From the NCBI GenBank assembly GCA_016213925.1, contig JACQZH010000021.1:6295-70294 (forward strand): DNA of 64,000 nucleotides, written 5' to 3'. The translations under genes were made by a program, and so were the position numbers. This DNA is from Candidatus Omnitrophota bacterium. Lineage in GTDB: Bacteria; Omnitrophota; Gorgyraeia; B26-G9. Positions 1 through 9,886 of this stretch are shown here, piece after piece (within the stretch, counting starts at the first letter, position 1; every line of letters begins with the position of its first letter). The notes under the pieces were generated by a model, which saw only the letters and a list, made by a program, of their open reading frames with translations, had not been told where the DNA came from and ran no database searches.

Positions 1-2
1 CG

Positions 3-575
3 GCGGCGCTGCGTCCTAGGAGGCAGTTCCGTATTTCTTATCAGATGGATAAGTATGTTAGCCCTGAATGGAGGACTAACCTTATGCTGTATGCGCGGCA
101 GGATAAGGATGCCTGGTTTTTTCAGGATGAAGACAACGATGGGCTTTATTCGCCGTTTTTTTTCGAAAAAGTAAATTATCTTGGGGTTAAGTTGTCCACA
201 GAATATACATGGAGCAAAACTTTTAGCCATTTTTTCAGTTTAAATATCCGTAAGATTCGCAGCAAAGATGCTAATTATGAATTTGTGCCGTATGAGCCCA
301 AACAAAAGATATCTCTTGGGCTTGCGTATAAGATTACTGATAATTGTAAGTTGGATGTGACCGGTGATTATTCCGGCAGGAGGTTTTATGAGCGCAATTC
401 CAAGGATAGTTCAACCGGATATTTCTTGCTTGGGTCCAAGATAACTTATGAAGCCAAAGACTACTTGACTTTTTTTGTTTTAATTGATAATGTATTAAAT
501 GACCACTACGAGATAGTAAAAAAATACCCTAATCAGAGCCGGAGTACTCTAGGCGGAGTGCTGATAAAATTTTAG
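3..575 (+). CDS. TonB-dependent receptor-like outer-membrane beta-barrel, C-terminal part (5' end outside the window)
   Basis: Frame is open from nt 3. Alternating beta-strand pattern, TBDR-type ending (IDNVLNDHY...R...GVLIKF) with terminal Phe, and upstream of exbBD-tonB. Confidence 0.75.
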   Translation, partial: AALRPRRQFRISYQMDKYVSPEWRTNLMLYARQDKDAWFFQDEDNDGLYSPFFFEKVNYLGVKLSTEYTWSKTFSHFFSLNIRKIRSKDANYEFVPYEPKQKISLGLAYKITDNCKLDVTGDYSGRRFYERNSKDSSTGYFLLGSKITYEAKDYLTFFVLIDNVLNDHYEIVKKYPNQSRSTLGGVLIKF

Positions 576-731
576 CTTATGTATTTGATTGCAGATAGTT
601 AGGGATGTTAAAAGCAGGATGCACCTTCAAGGATCTTCCGTTTTTTTCGGTTGTATAGGTATAATTTATAATAAAAATTGATGTTTTGCGTAATAACACA
701 CGATATTGAAAGCGATAATGAGGGAGGAACT

Positions 732-1418
732 ATGCAAAATTTTGTTATTAAAATAATCGGCATTACGGTTTCCTGCGTAATCTCGACAGGGCTGTTTTTA
801 AAAGTAGAGATGATTAATAAGGGTGGCCCTGTAATGATTCCGATTCTTTTATGTTCTATTTTTTCGCTGGCGATAATATTGGAAAGGGTAATTAATATTT
901 ATCAATCAAAAATAGATACAACGAAATTCATGGATGATATAACCGCGGCATTAAAAAGGAACAGGGTTTCCGAAGCGTTGGAAATTTGCGAGCAGACACA
1001 GGGAGCTATTTCAAATATATTAAAAGCTGGTATTTCAAGGCATGGAAGTTCCCGCCAGGAGATCAGGGATGCGATCGAAGACGCAGGTTTGCACGAAGTC
1101 CCTAAACTGGAAAAAAATCTAAGCTTATTGGCAACGATAGCTCATGTCAGCCCCTTGCTTGGTTTGCTGGGGACAGTTACCGGCATGGTGAGTACTTTTC
1201 AGATTATTCAGCAGAAAGCGCAGGCAATGTATCCGGTAGACCCATCGGTTTTGGCCAAAGGTATATGGGAGGCGTTGATTACAACCGTAGCTGGGCTTAT
1301 CGTGGCTATTCCCAGTTTTGTTGCTTATAATTATCTTGTTGCGAAGGTCGAAAGCCTTGTGGTTGAAATGGAAATATCTGCGACAGATTTGGTAAATATT
1401 CTTACTCAGCGAAAGTAG
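732..1418 (+). CDS. exbB: MotA/TolQ/ExbB proton channel protein
   Basis: GGPVMIPILLCS, SPLLGLLGTVTGM and GIWEALITTVAGL motifs. ATG 732 follows a GGAGG RBS. Confidence 0.92.
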   Translation: MQNFVIKIIGITVSCVISTGLFLKVEMINKGGPVMIPILLCSIFSLAIILERVINIYQSKIDTTKFMDDITAALKRNRVSEALEICEQTQGAISNILKAGISRHGSSRQEIRDAIEDAGLHEVPKLEKNLSLLATIAHVSPLLGLLGTVTGMVSTFQIIQQKAQAMYPVDPSVLAKGIWEALITTVAGLIVAIPSFVAYNYLVAKVESLVVEMEISATDLVNILTQRK

Positions 1419-1425
1419 AGGCTCA

Positions 1426-1839
1426 ATGCGTTTTAGAAAACACCTGGAACTTGAGAGAGGACAGAAGGAAATAAATATAACGCCGCTTGTGGATATGGTT
1501 TTCCTTCTGCTTTTGTTTTTCATGTTAACTTCCAGTTTTATAGTTTTGCCTGGGATTAAAATAAATTTACCGAAAGCAGTTACATCTGAAGTTATAAAGG
1601 AAAAAAATATAGTTATTACAATCAGCAGCGAAAATGTTATTTATCTAGATGAGCGGCCGATAACTCCTTCGGAGCTTACAAATTTTCTGGAAAGCACCGT
1701 TAAGAAAAATGACGAAAGGCCGATTTTAATTAAAGCGGATAAAGATACGCAGTTGGGCAGCGTGGTCAAGGTTTGGGATATTTGCCGTAAAGTCGGAGTT
1801 TTCCAGATTAATATAGCTACTTTGCAAGAGGTGCAGTAA
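1426..1839 (+). CDS. exbD: ExbD/TolR biopolymer transport protein
   Basis: INITPLVDMVFLLLLFFM and IKADK motifs. Confidence 0.93.
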   Translation: MRFRKHLELERGQKEINITPLVDMVFLLLLFFMLTSSFIVLPGIKINLPKAVTSEVIKEKNIVITISSENVIYLDERPITPSELTNFLESTVKKNDERPILIKADKDTQLGSVVKVWDICRKVGVFQINIATLQEVQ

Positions 1840-1880
1840 ATATTAAAAAGTTTGAAAAAAAAATAATCTTTATTTTTGCT

Positions 1881-2498
1881 TTGTCATGTTCTTTTGCGTG
1901 GCATCTTCTTGGCGCGCAAATAGTAAAAGTGGTATGGCCGTTATATTATGCTCGCGCTAATTTTATGCCGGTAACTTTTTTAGGCCCGATTTTAGAGAAT
2001 GTTGAACCTCAAAAGGAAAAAGAGATTTTAAAAGAGCCGGGCGAAATTATTGAAGGGGGGCAACTATCCGGGGAAGTGGAAGAAACGAAGCGAGCTTATA
2101 TCGGTTGCGAGTTACAAGGAAAGTATCCTTTGCCGGTGGATGAGTTGTCGGAAAAACCAGTTCCGCAGATTAAAACTGAATCGTCTCGATTTAAAGAGCT
2201 TTCAGTAGCGGAATCCATGGAGGAACAGTTTAAGAGAAAAGTTTTGTTTAAACCGGAAATGCCGGAATATCCGCAATGGGCAAAAGAAATTGGCGGGAAT
2301 TTTGAAGTTCAGTTAAAATTCTTAGTATTGCCGGATGGGGCAGTAGGGACTGTTGAAAAAATTACTTCTTCCGGATATCCAGAGCTTGATGAGATAGGCA
2401 TCAGATATATTCGCAGGTGGAAATTCATTGCTTTGCCAGAAACAGCGGTGTATAAAGAGCAATGGGGAGTTATAAGGCTATTTTTTAAATTAAAATGA
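1881..2498 (+). CDS. tonB: TonB family energy transducer (start uncertain, may lie further upstream)
   Basis: C-terminal TonB_C pattern (PEYPQWAK...SSGYPELD...WKF) and N-terminal TM segment with SxxxH; follows exbD. Confidence 0.8.
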   Translation: MSCSFAWHLLGAQIVKVVWPLYYARANFMPVTFLGPILENVEPQKEKEILKEPGEIIEGGQLSGEVEETKRAYIGCELQGKYPLPVDELSEKPVPQIKTESSRFKELSVAESMEEQFKRKVLFKPEMPEYPQWAKEIGGNFEVQLKFLVLPDGAVGTVEKITSSGYPELDEIGIRYIRRWKFIALPETAVYKEQWGVIRLFFKLK

Positions 2499-2728
2499 TT
2501 GAGCTTTCATTTGAGCATGCGGTAGCAGCTTATATATTACTGTTCATTGGTTTTTTTATGGGAGTGGGGGTTTTTATTATTCAGAGAAAAACCGGTTCGA
2601 TATATAAGAAAGAGTCTAAATATTGGCAATGTTCTATTTGCACTTTTGTTTATTTAAGTATATTTGACCAGGTAATAACTGTTTGTCCGCGCTGCGGCAG
2701 TTATAATAAAAAGGAGGGGGAATCATGA
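2495..2728 (+). CDS. Small membrane protein with C-terminal CxxC/CxxC zinc ribbon
   Basis: N-terminal TM helix, WQCSIC and CPRCGS; ATGA overlap with tonB. Confidence 0.75.
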   Translation: MIELSFEHAVAAYILLFIGFFMGVGVFIIQRKTGSIYKKESKYWQCSICTFVYLSIFDQVITVCPRCGSYNKKEGES

Positions 2729-2922
2729 TTATGGAGATTGGTATTGTTGCTGGAGATATTTGGCATTATCTGGATGAACATGGGGAAGCTAATCTTTCAA
2801 AACTTGTTATAGGGATCGATAGGCCCAGAGAAGTTGTTTTGATGAGCCTGGGATGGCTGGCTCGTGAAGGGCATGTTTTGGTCGATAATCCTCCTGATTA
2901 TAAAATTACTTTACGCAAGTGA
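2725..2922 (+). CDS. Winged helix-turn-helix protein, DUF2582-like
   Basis: IGIVAGDIWHYL...MSLGWLAREG signature; GGAGG RBS. Confidence 0.85.
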   Translation: MIMEIGIVAGDIWHYLDEHGEANLSKLVIGIDRPREVVLMSLGWLAREGHVLVDNPPDYKITLRK

Positions 2923-3284
2923 AGCCCGAGATACTAAAATCCTTTAAAGAAAAAGATGTGTTAGGGGAATTTTCCGGTTATATCGTGGTATTGATTACTG
3001 CTGCTTCCGGCAAAGAAGCAGATGTATTGGCGGAGAAACTGCTTGATGCAAAACTAGCTGCGTGTGTGAATATAACCGGAGTTAATTCTTTTTTTTCATG
3101 GCAGGGAAAAAAAGAGAGTTCTGCGGAGGTTTTGCTGATAGTAAAGACGCGATATGAGTTATTTTCTCAATTAGAGGTTTTTGTTAAGAAAAATCACAGT
3201 TATGAAGTTCCAGAGATTATTGCTTTGCCGATTATTGCCGCTAGCCGGGAATATCTTGAATGGATTAAGGATAGCACTAAATAA
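2919..3284 (+). CDS. cutA: Divalent-cation tolerance protein CutA
   Basis: KLAACVNI and HSYEVPEIIALPI...YLEWI motifs. Confidence 0.92.
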   Translation: MKPEILKSFKEKDVLGEFSGYIVVLITAASGKEADVLAEKLLDAKLAACVNITGVNSFFSWQGKKESSAEVLLIVKTRYELFSQLEVFVKKNHSYEVPEIIALPIIAASREYLEWIKDSTK

Positions 3285-3438
3285 ACGGGCAAGAAATTGC
3301 CCTTCTGCTTTTGTGAATTGAACAAAAAAAATTAAAGACGATTCTTCTTGGTATTACTAAAATATTAATTCCGCTGTTAAAATATAATTTTCTCTTTTCG
3401 GCTTACTTTCCCTGGTTAATTATGTTATAATACTGCTT

Positions 3439-4044
3439 ATGAAAGCAGGGTTTACATTACTTGAATTGTTGATAGGTATTGCGATATTTGCTGTTGTGGC
3501 AGCTTCTGTGTATACTAGCTTCTATCTTGGTGTTAAAACGTGGAGACATGAAGAAACCCGTGATGAAGGACTTCAACAGGCGATGCTTGCTTTGGAAACA
3601 ATGGCGTTACGGCTAAGGTGCGCGTTTGTTAGCGCTGATAATGAAAAAATTAAATTTAAAGGCAGCAACGAACAGATTGATTTCTTCACGGTTAATGCTG
3701 AAGGTGATATAGAGAATTTGATATTTTTTCTGGAACCCAGGGATAGCGGGCAAGGCTATTCTCTACGGCAGTCTAGTAAAAAATATATATATCTTAATGA
3801 TGAAAATCCTCCGGAAATTGAAGTGATAAACAGTTTTGTAAAGAACTTTAAGGTCAGTTATTTTAATGCTAAAGAACAACTTTGGCTTGAGGATTGGCCT
3901 GAAGAATTAAAGCTGCCGGAGCAGGTTAAGATAGAAGTTGATTTCGAAAAAAATAATTTGGAAAGTTCTTCTCTCCGGCTTGAAAAATATGTAAATATCC
4001 TGGTGACAAATGAGATAATATTGCCTAAATATGAAACGCTGTAA
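3439..4044 (+). CDS. gspJ: Type II secretion pseudopilin GspJ-like
   Basis: Prepilin cleavage site G|FTLLE; C-terminal W...LPEQVKIEV typical of GspJ. Confidence 0.75.
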   Translation: MKAGFTLLELLIGIAIFAVVAASVYTSFYLGVKTWRHEETRDEGLQQAMLALETMALRLRCAFVSADNEKIKFKGSNEQIDFFTVNAEGDIENLIFFLEPRDSGQGYSLRQSSKKYIYLNDENPPEIEVINSFVKNFKVSYFNAKEQLWLEDWPEELKLPEQVKIEVDFEKNNLESSSLRLEKYVNILVTNEIILPKYETL

Positions 4045-4873
4045 TAAAGATAATAAAGGAATTATTTTAGTCATTGTTTTATGGGTATTGTTCTTTTTAT
4101 CTGTTACGGCGCTTACATTGGGTATGCAAAACAGATTAAATATCCGTTTGCAGAGCCTTACCAATGAAAAAGCAAGAATGCTGTATTTATCCAGGGAGAG
4201 TGTCAACAGGATTATAATATTACTTGCTAAGGACGATCCTAGTTTTGACGCGTTTAGCGAAGAATGGAGTACCGGTGTTTCTTTGCAAAACGAAGAAGGG
4301 ATAACTTTGTGCGAAGTGAATGATGAGGATAGATGTTTGAATATAAATACTGCGCCGGTTGAATTAATAGAAAGAATCAAGTTGATTTTTCCGGGGCTTG
4401 GGGAAGAAGAGATTAAGCTTATTGCTAATCTGCGGCCGTTTAATGTGAAGAAAGAGTTATTGGATTTAGCTCAAATAGACAGAGAGATTTTTTACGGAAA
4501 TCCTTCTGAGGGAAAAATCGGTATGCAGGATATGATTACTGTGTTTTCCGACGGCAAAATAAATATAAATACCGCGCCTAAAGAAGTTTTAATGATACTG
4601 CCGAATATGAATGAGGGGGTTGTCGATACGATTTTGAGTCATCGCCAAGTAACGCCTTTTAACAGTAATGAAACGCTTTCAGAAGGATTATCTTTATTGG
4701 GTTTGACACCGGAACAGGTAGGTTCGCTGATTAAAATTTGCAAAGTGCAATCTTCGATATTTAGTGTTAAGGTAAACAGCGCTTCCAAGCGGAAACATGT
4801 TTCTAAAGGATTAGAACTGATATTCAAGCGAGTTGAGAATAAATTTAACGTTTTGCTGGCAAAGGAGAATTGA
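4031..4873 (+). CDS. gspK: Type II secretion GspK-like protein
   Basis: G|IILVIVLW start, two ININTAP motifs and a helix-hairpin-helix region. Confidence 0.85.
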   Translation: MKRCNKDNKGIILVIVLWVLFFLSVTALTLGMQNRLNIRLQSLTNEKARMLYLSRESVNRIIILLAKDDPSFDAFSEEWSTGVSLQNEEGITLCEVNDEDRCLNINTAPVELIERIKLIFPGLGEEEIKLIANLRPFNVKKELLDLAQIDREIFYGNPSEGKIGMQDMITVFSDGKININTAPKEVLMILPNMNEGVVDTILSHRQVTPFNSNETLSEGLSLLGLTPEQVGSLIKICKVQSSIFSVKVNSASKRKHVSKGLELIFKRVENKFNVLLAKEN

Positions 4874-6222
4874 AATTGCTGAAAAATGTTATCTATATAA
4901 CAAGAAAAAAAATACGCTTTGCGCAATTTGGCATCAGAAGGGAAGCGACTAAGCTGCTTAAGGATAAAAGCATTGCTTTGAACGCGGATAAACCTCTTGG
5001 CGAGGTTCTTAAGGAAATTACGCGCCGGGAACGCCTTGACAGGAAAGATTTCATTAGTTGTTTTTTTCGTTATCAGGTCAGCCTACGTTTTTTTACTTTT
5101 CCTTCCAATAATTTAGAAGAGATTTCTAAAATGGTTAGTTATGAAGCGGCAGAACTTTTACCGCTGAAATCCGAAGAGGTGGTAACCCGGTATCTTGTCT
5201 TAAATAAACAGAAAAGCGGTTATTCCGACACTTTAATTGTTGTTGTGCATAAGGATGAAGTTTTGAAATTTTCGAGTTATTTCCAAGGTACTGGATGCAG
5301 TATTAATATATTGTCCCTAAGTAGTCTAGCGTTATTCAGCTGTATTAAAAAAGTTGTTGCTGAAAAAGACAAATCATTCTTGGAAAAAAACATCATGCTG
5401 GTTCATTTTGAGGACGGCACGGTAGAAATAATCGCGGTTAATAAAGGAAGGCTTGTTTTAAGCAGAGGTTTTTTACTGCATAGCGTCAAAAATTTTTACC
5501 AGATGCTTATCGGAGAAATCAGGCAGAATATAGAATTGTTTTTTACTGAATCAAAAGAACGGAGCCTTGATCAAATTATAATCAGCGGCTTTGCTGATTT
5601 GCAGGGTATTGAAGGCGTTCTGAAGGGGCATTTTAATGTCCCTATATTAATCAATAAATGCGTTGATATAGCATTAGGACTTGCGCTTTGCTCGGAACAA
5701 TCAGTTAACCTATTGAGTAATGAAGCAATCAGTTTGCATTTAAGAAAAAATTTCAGCAAAAAAATCATGTCGATGTTTTTGCTGCTTTTTTTTAACTTAA
5801 TTCTTTTAGGGGCGGCATTTTCCCTCATTTTAAATAATAAAAATGATTATTTGAACCGCATTGAACAAAAACTTGCTCTGCTTAAACCTGAGGCGCAATC
5901 GGTGCAGAATAAATTGGCTCAACTGAACATGATGCAAAAACAGCTGCATTCGCAAATTTTGATCCTTGACGCGATTACTGAGCTGATCAATTCTGCTTCT
6001 TCCTCCTCGATAATGCTTAATATGCTTACGATTAACGAAGAAGGGATACTAATTATGCGCGGCCAGGCAAACAATCTTCAGGAAGTGCTGGATTTTATTA
6101 AGGGGCTAGAACTATCGCCGTATTTCCAGAATACGCATTTAAGTTATTCGAGTCTTAGAAAGCTTATGCAAAAGGAAGTGCTGGATTTTGAAATACAGGC
6201 GGAATTAAATAAAGAGCATTAA
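4870..6222 (+). CDS. GspL-like / PilM-PilN fusion protein
   Basis: Actin-like PilM region, TM segment and PilN-like C-terminus (GQA...FIKGLELSPYF). Confidence 0.75.
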   Translation: MKLLKNVIYITRKKIRFAQFGIRREATKLLKDKSIALNADKPLGEVLKEITRRERLDRKDFISCFFRYQVSLRFFTFPSNNLEEISKMVSYEAAELLPLKSEEVVTRYLVLNKQKSGYSDTLIVVVHKDEVLKFSSYFQGTGCSINILSLSSLALFSCIKKVVAEKDKSFLEKNIMLVHFEDGTVEIIAVNKGRLVLSRGFLLHSVKNFYQMLIGEIRQNIELFFTESKERSLDQIIISGFADLQGIEGVLKGHFNVPILINKCVDIALGLALCSEQSVNLLSNEAISLHLRKNFSKKIMSMFLLLFFNLILLGAAFSLILNNKNDYLNRIEQKLALLKPEAQSVQNKLAQLNMMQKQLHSQILILDAITELINSASSSSIMLNMLTINEEGILIMRGQANNLQEVLDFIKGLELSPYFQNTHLSYSSLRKLMQKEVLDFEIQAELNKEH

Positions 6223-6230
6223 ATTGATTT

Positions 6231-6614
6231 ATGCATATTATAAGCGGAGAATTAAAGGGTAGAACCTTAAAACAGCCTAAAGATAAAAATGTCCGTCCGA
6301 CACGCGAACTAGTTAGAAAAGCGGTTTTTGATGTGTTGGGGGAGTTTATTTTAGACAAGGAGGTTCTTGACTTATTCAGCGGCAGCGGTGCTTTTGGATT
6401 TGAAGCATTAAGTTGCGGGGCAAAGAGCGTTACTTTTGTTGAAAAAAATTTTTTATGCCAGAAGGTTATTAAGGAAAATATGGATTTGTGCGGGGTACAG
6501 GACAGGTGCGCTTTGATCGAAAGAGATGTTTTTCAATCATTACCGCTGCTGGAAAAAAGAAAACAATTGTTCGGAATCGTCTTTGCGGATCCTCCATACT
6601 CCGGGGACATTTGA
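6231..6614 (+). pseudogene. rsmD: 16S rRNA m2G966 methyltransferase RsmD, truncated just after DPPY
   Basis: IISGELKGR, VRPT, LDLFSGSG and FADPPY motifs; the C-terminal ~50 aa are missing. Confidence 0.85.
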
Positions 6615-7059
6615 CCCGATAACCTACGGACATATTGATATTATCAAGCGCGCGTCCAGAGTTTTTGATGAAGTGATTATTGCTGTCGGTGAAAATTTAC
6701 TAAAAGAACCTCTTTTTACCGTCGAAGAGCGGGTGGAGATGATTAAACGCGTAACCCAAGGGTTGAAGAACATTAAAGTGGATAGTTTTAACGAATTGAT
6801 GGTAAATTATGTGCAAAGAAAGAAAATTAATATTGTTATCAGGGGATTGCGGATGATTTCTGATTTTGAATATGAGTTTCAGATGGCATTAACAAATAGA
6901 AAACTTAATCCAAATATAGAAATAATTTTTCTTATGCCGAATGAAGCATATTCTTTTTTATCTAGTAAACTTATAAAGGAAATTGCGTTACTCGGAGCTG
7001 ATCTTTCGGAATTTGTTCCGTCTTATGTTGCAGAAAAACTTAAACGGAAATTGAAATAA
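6600..7059 (+). CDS. coaD: Phosphopantetheine adenylyltransferase, first residues and start codon missing
   Basis: PGTFDPITYGH, RGLR..SDFEYE and SSKLIKE motifs; joined directly to the rsmD fragment. Confidence 0.9.
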
Positions 7060-7102
7060 ATCGTATAACTAATATAAGTTATTATACTTGCAAAGAGGAA
7101 AA

Positions 7103-8089
7103 ATGGAGATTGTAAAAAAAATAAGGCAAAGAGCGCAAAAGGCAAAGAGGACGATAGTTCTTTCAGAGGGGCAGGACGAACGTGTATTAAAAGCAGCGGG
7201 AATTATTGCTAGTGAAGGGTTGGCAAAAATTATACTTTTAGCCGATGAAAATGAATTGCGCGAAAAAGAGGATGAGCTGGAATTATATCTCAAAGATATA
7301 ACAGTTATAAATCACCTAAATTCTCCTGAATTGGAAAGTTTTAGCCAGGAATTCTTCGAATTAAGAAAAAGCAAGGGTACTACTATAGAAGAAGCGCGTA
7401 AGCAGATGGAAAAAAATGTTTATTTTGGAGCAATGATGGTCAGGCGCAGCCTTGCCGATGGTTTTGTGGCTGGCGCAATGACGACTACGGCAGATGTGGC
7501 AAAAGCGGCGATTTATTGTATCGGCTTTGGAGAAAAGGTAAAAACAATATCGAGCAGTTTTCTTGTGGAAGTTCCTGACTGCAGTTACGGCGCAAATGGT
7601 TCGTTTATCTTTGCTGATTGCGGCATAGTGCCGGATCCATCGCCTTCACAGTTGGCTAATATTGCTGTATCTGCTTCAGAGCTTTTTGAACTCTTGGTTG
7701 AAGAACAGCCGAGGGTTGCTTTGTTGAGTTTTTCTACCAAAGTAAGCGCTGAACATGAAAGGGTTTCTAAAGTAAAAGAAATCATTGAAGAGAGATACCC
7801 GGGATTGATTGCTGATGGAGAATTGCAACTGGATGCGGCGATTGTTCCAGAAGTAGCGGCAATAAAAGCGCCGGAAAGTAAAGTCGCAGGTTTAGCGAAT
7901 GTACTGATTTTTCCGGATCTTAATGCCGGAAATATTGCTTATAAGATGGTCCAGCGTTTGGCAAAAGCGCAGGTTATCGGCCCTATGATGACTGGATTGA
8001 AAAAGCCCTGCAGTGATTTATCCCGCGGGTGCACAATAGATGAGGTGGTTAATGCCGTATGCACAACGGCAATAAGAGCTATATCGTAA
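7103..8089 (+). CDS. pta: Phosphate acetyltransferase
   Basis: FADCG, DGELQLDAA, FPDLNAGNIAYK and DLSRGC motifs. Confidence 0.95.
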   Translation: MEIVKKIRQRAQKAKRTIVLSEGQDERVLKAAGIIASEGLAKIILLADENELREKEDELELYLKDITVINHLNSPELESFSQEFFELRKSKGTTIEEARKQMEKNVYFGAMMVRRSLADGFVAGAMTTTADVAKAAIYCIGFGEKVKTISSSFLVEVPDCSYGANGSFIFADCGIVPDPSPSQLANIAVSASELFELLVEEQPRVALLSFSTKVSAEHERVSKVKEIIEERYPGLIADGELQLDAAIVPEVAAIKAPESKVAGLANVLIFPDLNAGNIAYKMVQRLAKAQVIGPMMTGLKKPCSDLSRGCTIDEVVNAVCTTAIRAIS

Positions 8090-8135
8090 TGGGTAAGCAA
8101 AATAAAGTTCAGTGGGTCTGTCAGGAAAAAGAAAA

Positions 8136-9269
8136 ATGAACATATTAGTTATTAATTGTGGAAGTTCATCGATAAAATATCAGCTCTTTTGTATAGAAAA
8201 AAAAATAGCGTTAGCAAGCGGAATAGCGGAAAAAATCGGCGATGAAAGTTCCAGAATTATTCACCATAAAAGCAATAAAACTTTTACTAAGAGCATAAAT
8301 TTGCCGGATTATTTTAAGGCGATAGAAAATATAGCGGAATTATTAACTGACTCCGAGTGGGGAGTGTTAGAGAGTAAAAAAAATGTGCATGCTATCGGGC
8401 ACCGTGTTGTGCACGGAGGAGAAGAATTCAAATCCTCGGTTATCATTAATAAATATGTTTTAAACAGAATAAAATTTTATTCAAAGCTGGCTCCTTTGCA
8501 TAATCCTCCGGCTTATAACGGAATTAAGGCAACAATGCATATTTTCCCGCATATAAAACAAGTAGCTGTTTTTGACACGGCTTTTCATCAGACTATGCCG
8601 GAAGAGGCATTTATGTACGGATTGCCTTACAGGTTATATAAAAAATATTGCATACGCAGGTATGGGTTTCATGGTACCAGCCATCGTTATGTTGCTCAAG
8701 CCGCGGCGGAAATGCTGAAAAAACCAGTACAAAAACTAAAGCTTATTACCTGTCATCTGGGGAATGGATGCAGTATTACCGCGGTTAAATACGGCAAGTC
8801 TGTAGATACGAGTATGGGGTTTACTCCGCTTGAAGGTTTGATTATGGGTACTCGCTGTGGAGATGTTGATCCGGCATTGGTAAGCTTTATTTCGGAAAAA
8901 GAAAAGATTAGCGCTGAAGAGGTTACAAATTTAATGAACCGCAAAAGCGGACTGCTTGGGCTTTCCGGAATAAGCAATGATATGCGTGATCTTCTTGAAA
9001 AAGCGAATAAAGGCGATAAAAGGGCAAAGCTGGCATTAGACGTATTTATTTACCGGGTAAAAAAGTATATTGGCGCTTATTTAGCGGCAATGAACGGAGC
9101 TGACGCGGTTATTCTTACAGCGGGAATTGGAGAAAATGTCGGGATTATTAAAAAAAGACTTGCTAAAGAAATGAACGCTTTTTTGGGAAGAAGGACGAAA
9201 TTACTTTCTATCCATACGGAAGAAGAACGCCTAATAGCATTAGATACTTTTGAATTAGTAAAGAAGTAA
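8136..9269 (+). CDS. ackA: Acetate kinase
   Basis: NCGSSSIK, GHRVVHGG, APLHN and YGFHGTSH motifs. Confidence 0.96.
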   Translation: MNILVINCGSSSIKYQLFCIEKKIALASGIAEKIGDESSRIIHHKSNKTFTKSINLPDYFKAIENIAELLTDSEWGVLESKKNVHAIGHRVVHGGEEFKSSVIINKYVLNRIKFYSKLAPLHNPPAYNGIKATMHIFPHIKQVAVFDTAFHQTMPEEAFMYGLPYRLYKKYCIRRYGFHGTSHRYVAQAAAEMLKKPVQKLKLITCHLGNGCSITAVKYGKSVDTSMGFTPLEGLIMGTRCGDVDPALVSFISEKEKISAEEVTNLMNRKSGLLGLSGISNDMRDLLEKANKGDKRAKLALDVFIYRVKKYIGAYLAAMNGADAVILTAGIGENVGIIKKRLAKEMNAFLGRRTKLLSIHTEEERLIALDTFELVKK

Positions 9270-9271
9270 AG

Positions 9272-9688
9272 ATGAAAATTAATATACATGAAATCCCAAG
9301 AGGAGGGTTTGATCTCGAAGAGATGCAGTCAAGCGAAACTCTTGAGCTTGGCAGAGATGATATTGATTTTAAGACGCCGGTAACGATCAAAGCGCATGTT
9401 ATACGCGAATATGATAATGTACAGATAAGAATGGAAGTTGCTGCGAAAATAACTTATAGTTGCGCGCGCTGTTTGGCAAGAAAAGAGCAGTTATTAAAAA
9501 AGAAGATTGATATCATAAAATCAGCTGGAGAAGAAAAGGTTATCGATCTTACTCAAATAGCAAGGGATGAAATAATCCTTGATTATCCGATACGTTTTCT
9601 CTGCCGGCAGGACTGTAAAGGGCTGTGTTATAAATGCGGTAGGAATTTAAATGAAAGGGATTGCGGATGTGAACAAATGGCTAGTTGA
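9272..9688 (+). CDS. DUF177/YceD family protein
   Basis: CARCL and LCRQDCKGLCYKCGRNLN; conserved position before rpmF. Confidence 0.9.
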   Translation: MKINIHEIPRGGFDLEEMQSSETLELGRDDIDFKTPVTIKAHVIREYDNVQIRMEVAAKITYSCARCLARKEQLLKKKIDIIKSAGEEKVIDLTQIARDEIILDYPIRFLCRQDCKGLCYKCGRNLNERDCGCEQMAS

Positions 9689-9836
9689 AGAGAATAAGTA
9701 TTCAGCCCCGAATGAAGCTGTTATTTTAGGCGGTTTTCCGGGGTCTTGAAGTGTAACTATAGAATTAAGTATTATCACAAAATTCGGGATAAGCGGTAAC
9801 CGGACAGCAGAGTTTGTAAGCGCATATGTAAAGCGA

Positions 9837-9886
9837 GTAACCATTGGTAACAATTTGTAACCGTTAGTAACTGCTGGTAACCGATA
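9837..9886. repeat. Five tandem 10-bp units each starting GTAAC
   Basis: gtaaccattg gtaacaattt gtaaccgtta gtaactgctg gtaaccgata. Confidence 0.85.

Noticed and set aside
6526-6599. N-terminal extension of CoaD in the ORF track
   Set aside because: It is an alternative frame of rsmD exposed by the junction.
9140-9215. Short C-terminal region of AckA, and a few missing residues in Pta near 7780
   Set aside because: Could be natural variation; catalytic motifs are intact and I cannot show a deletion without an alignment.
9837-9886. CRISPR array
   Set aside because: Units are only 10 bp and no cas genes are present.
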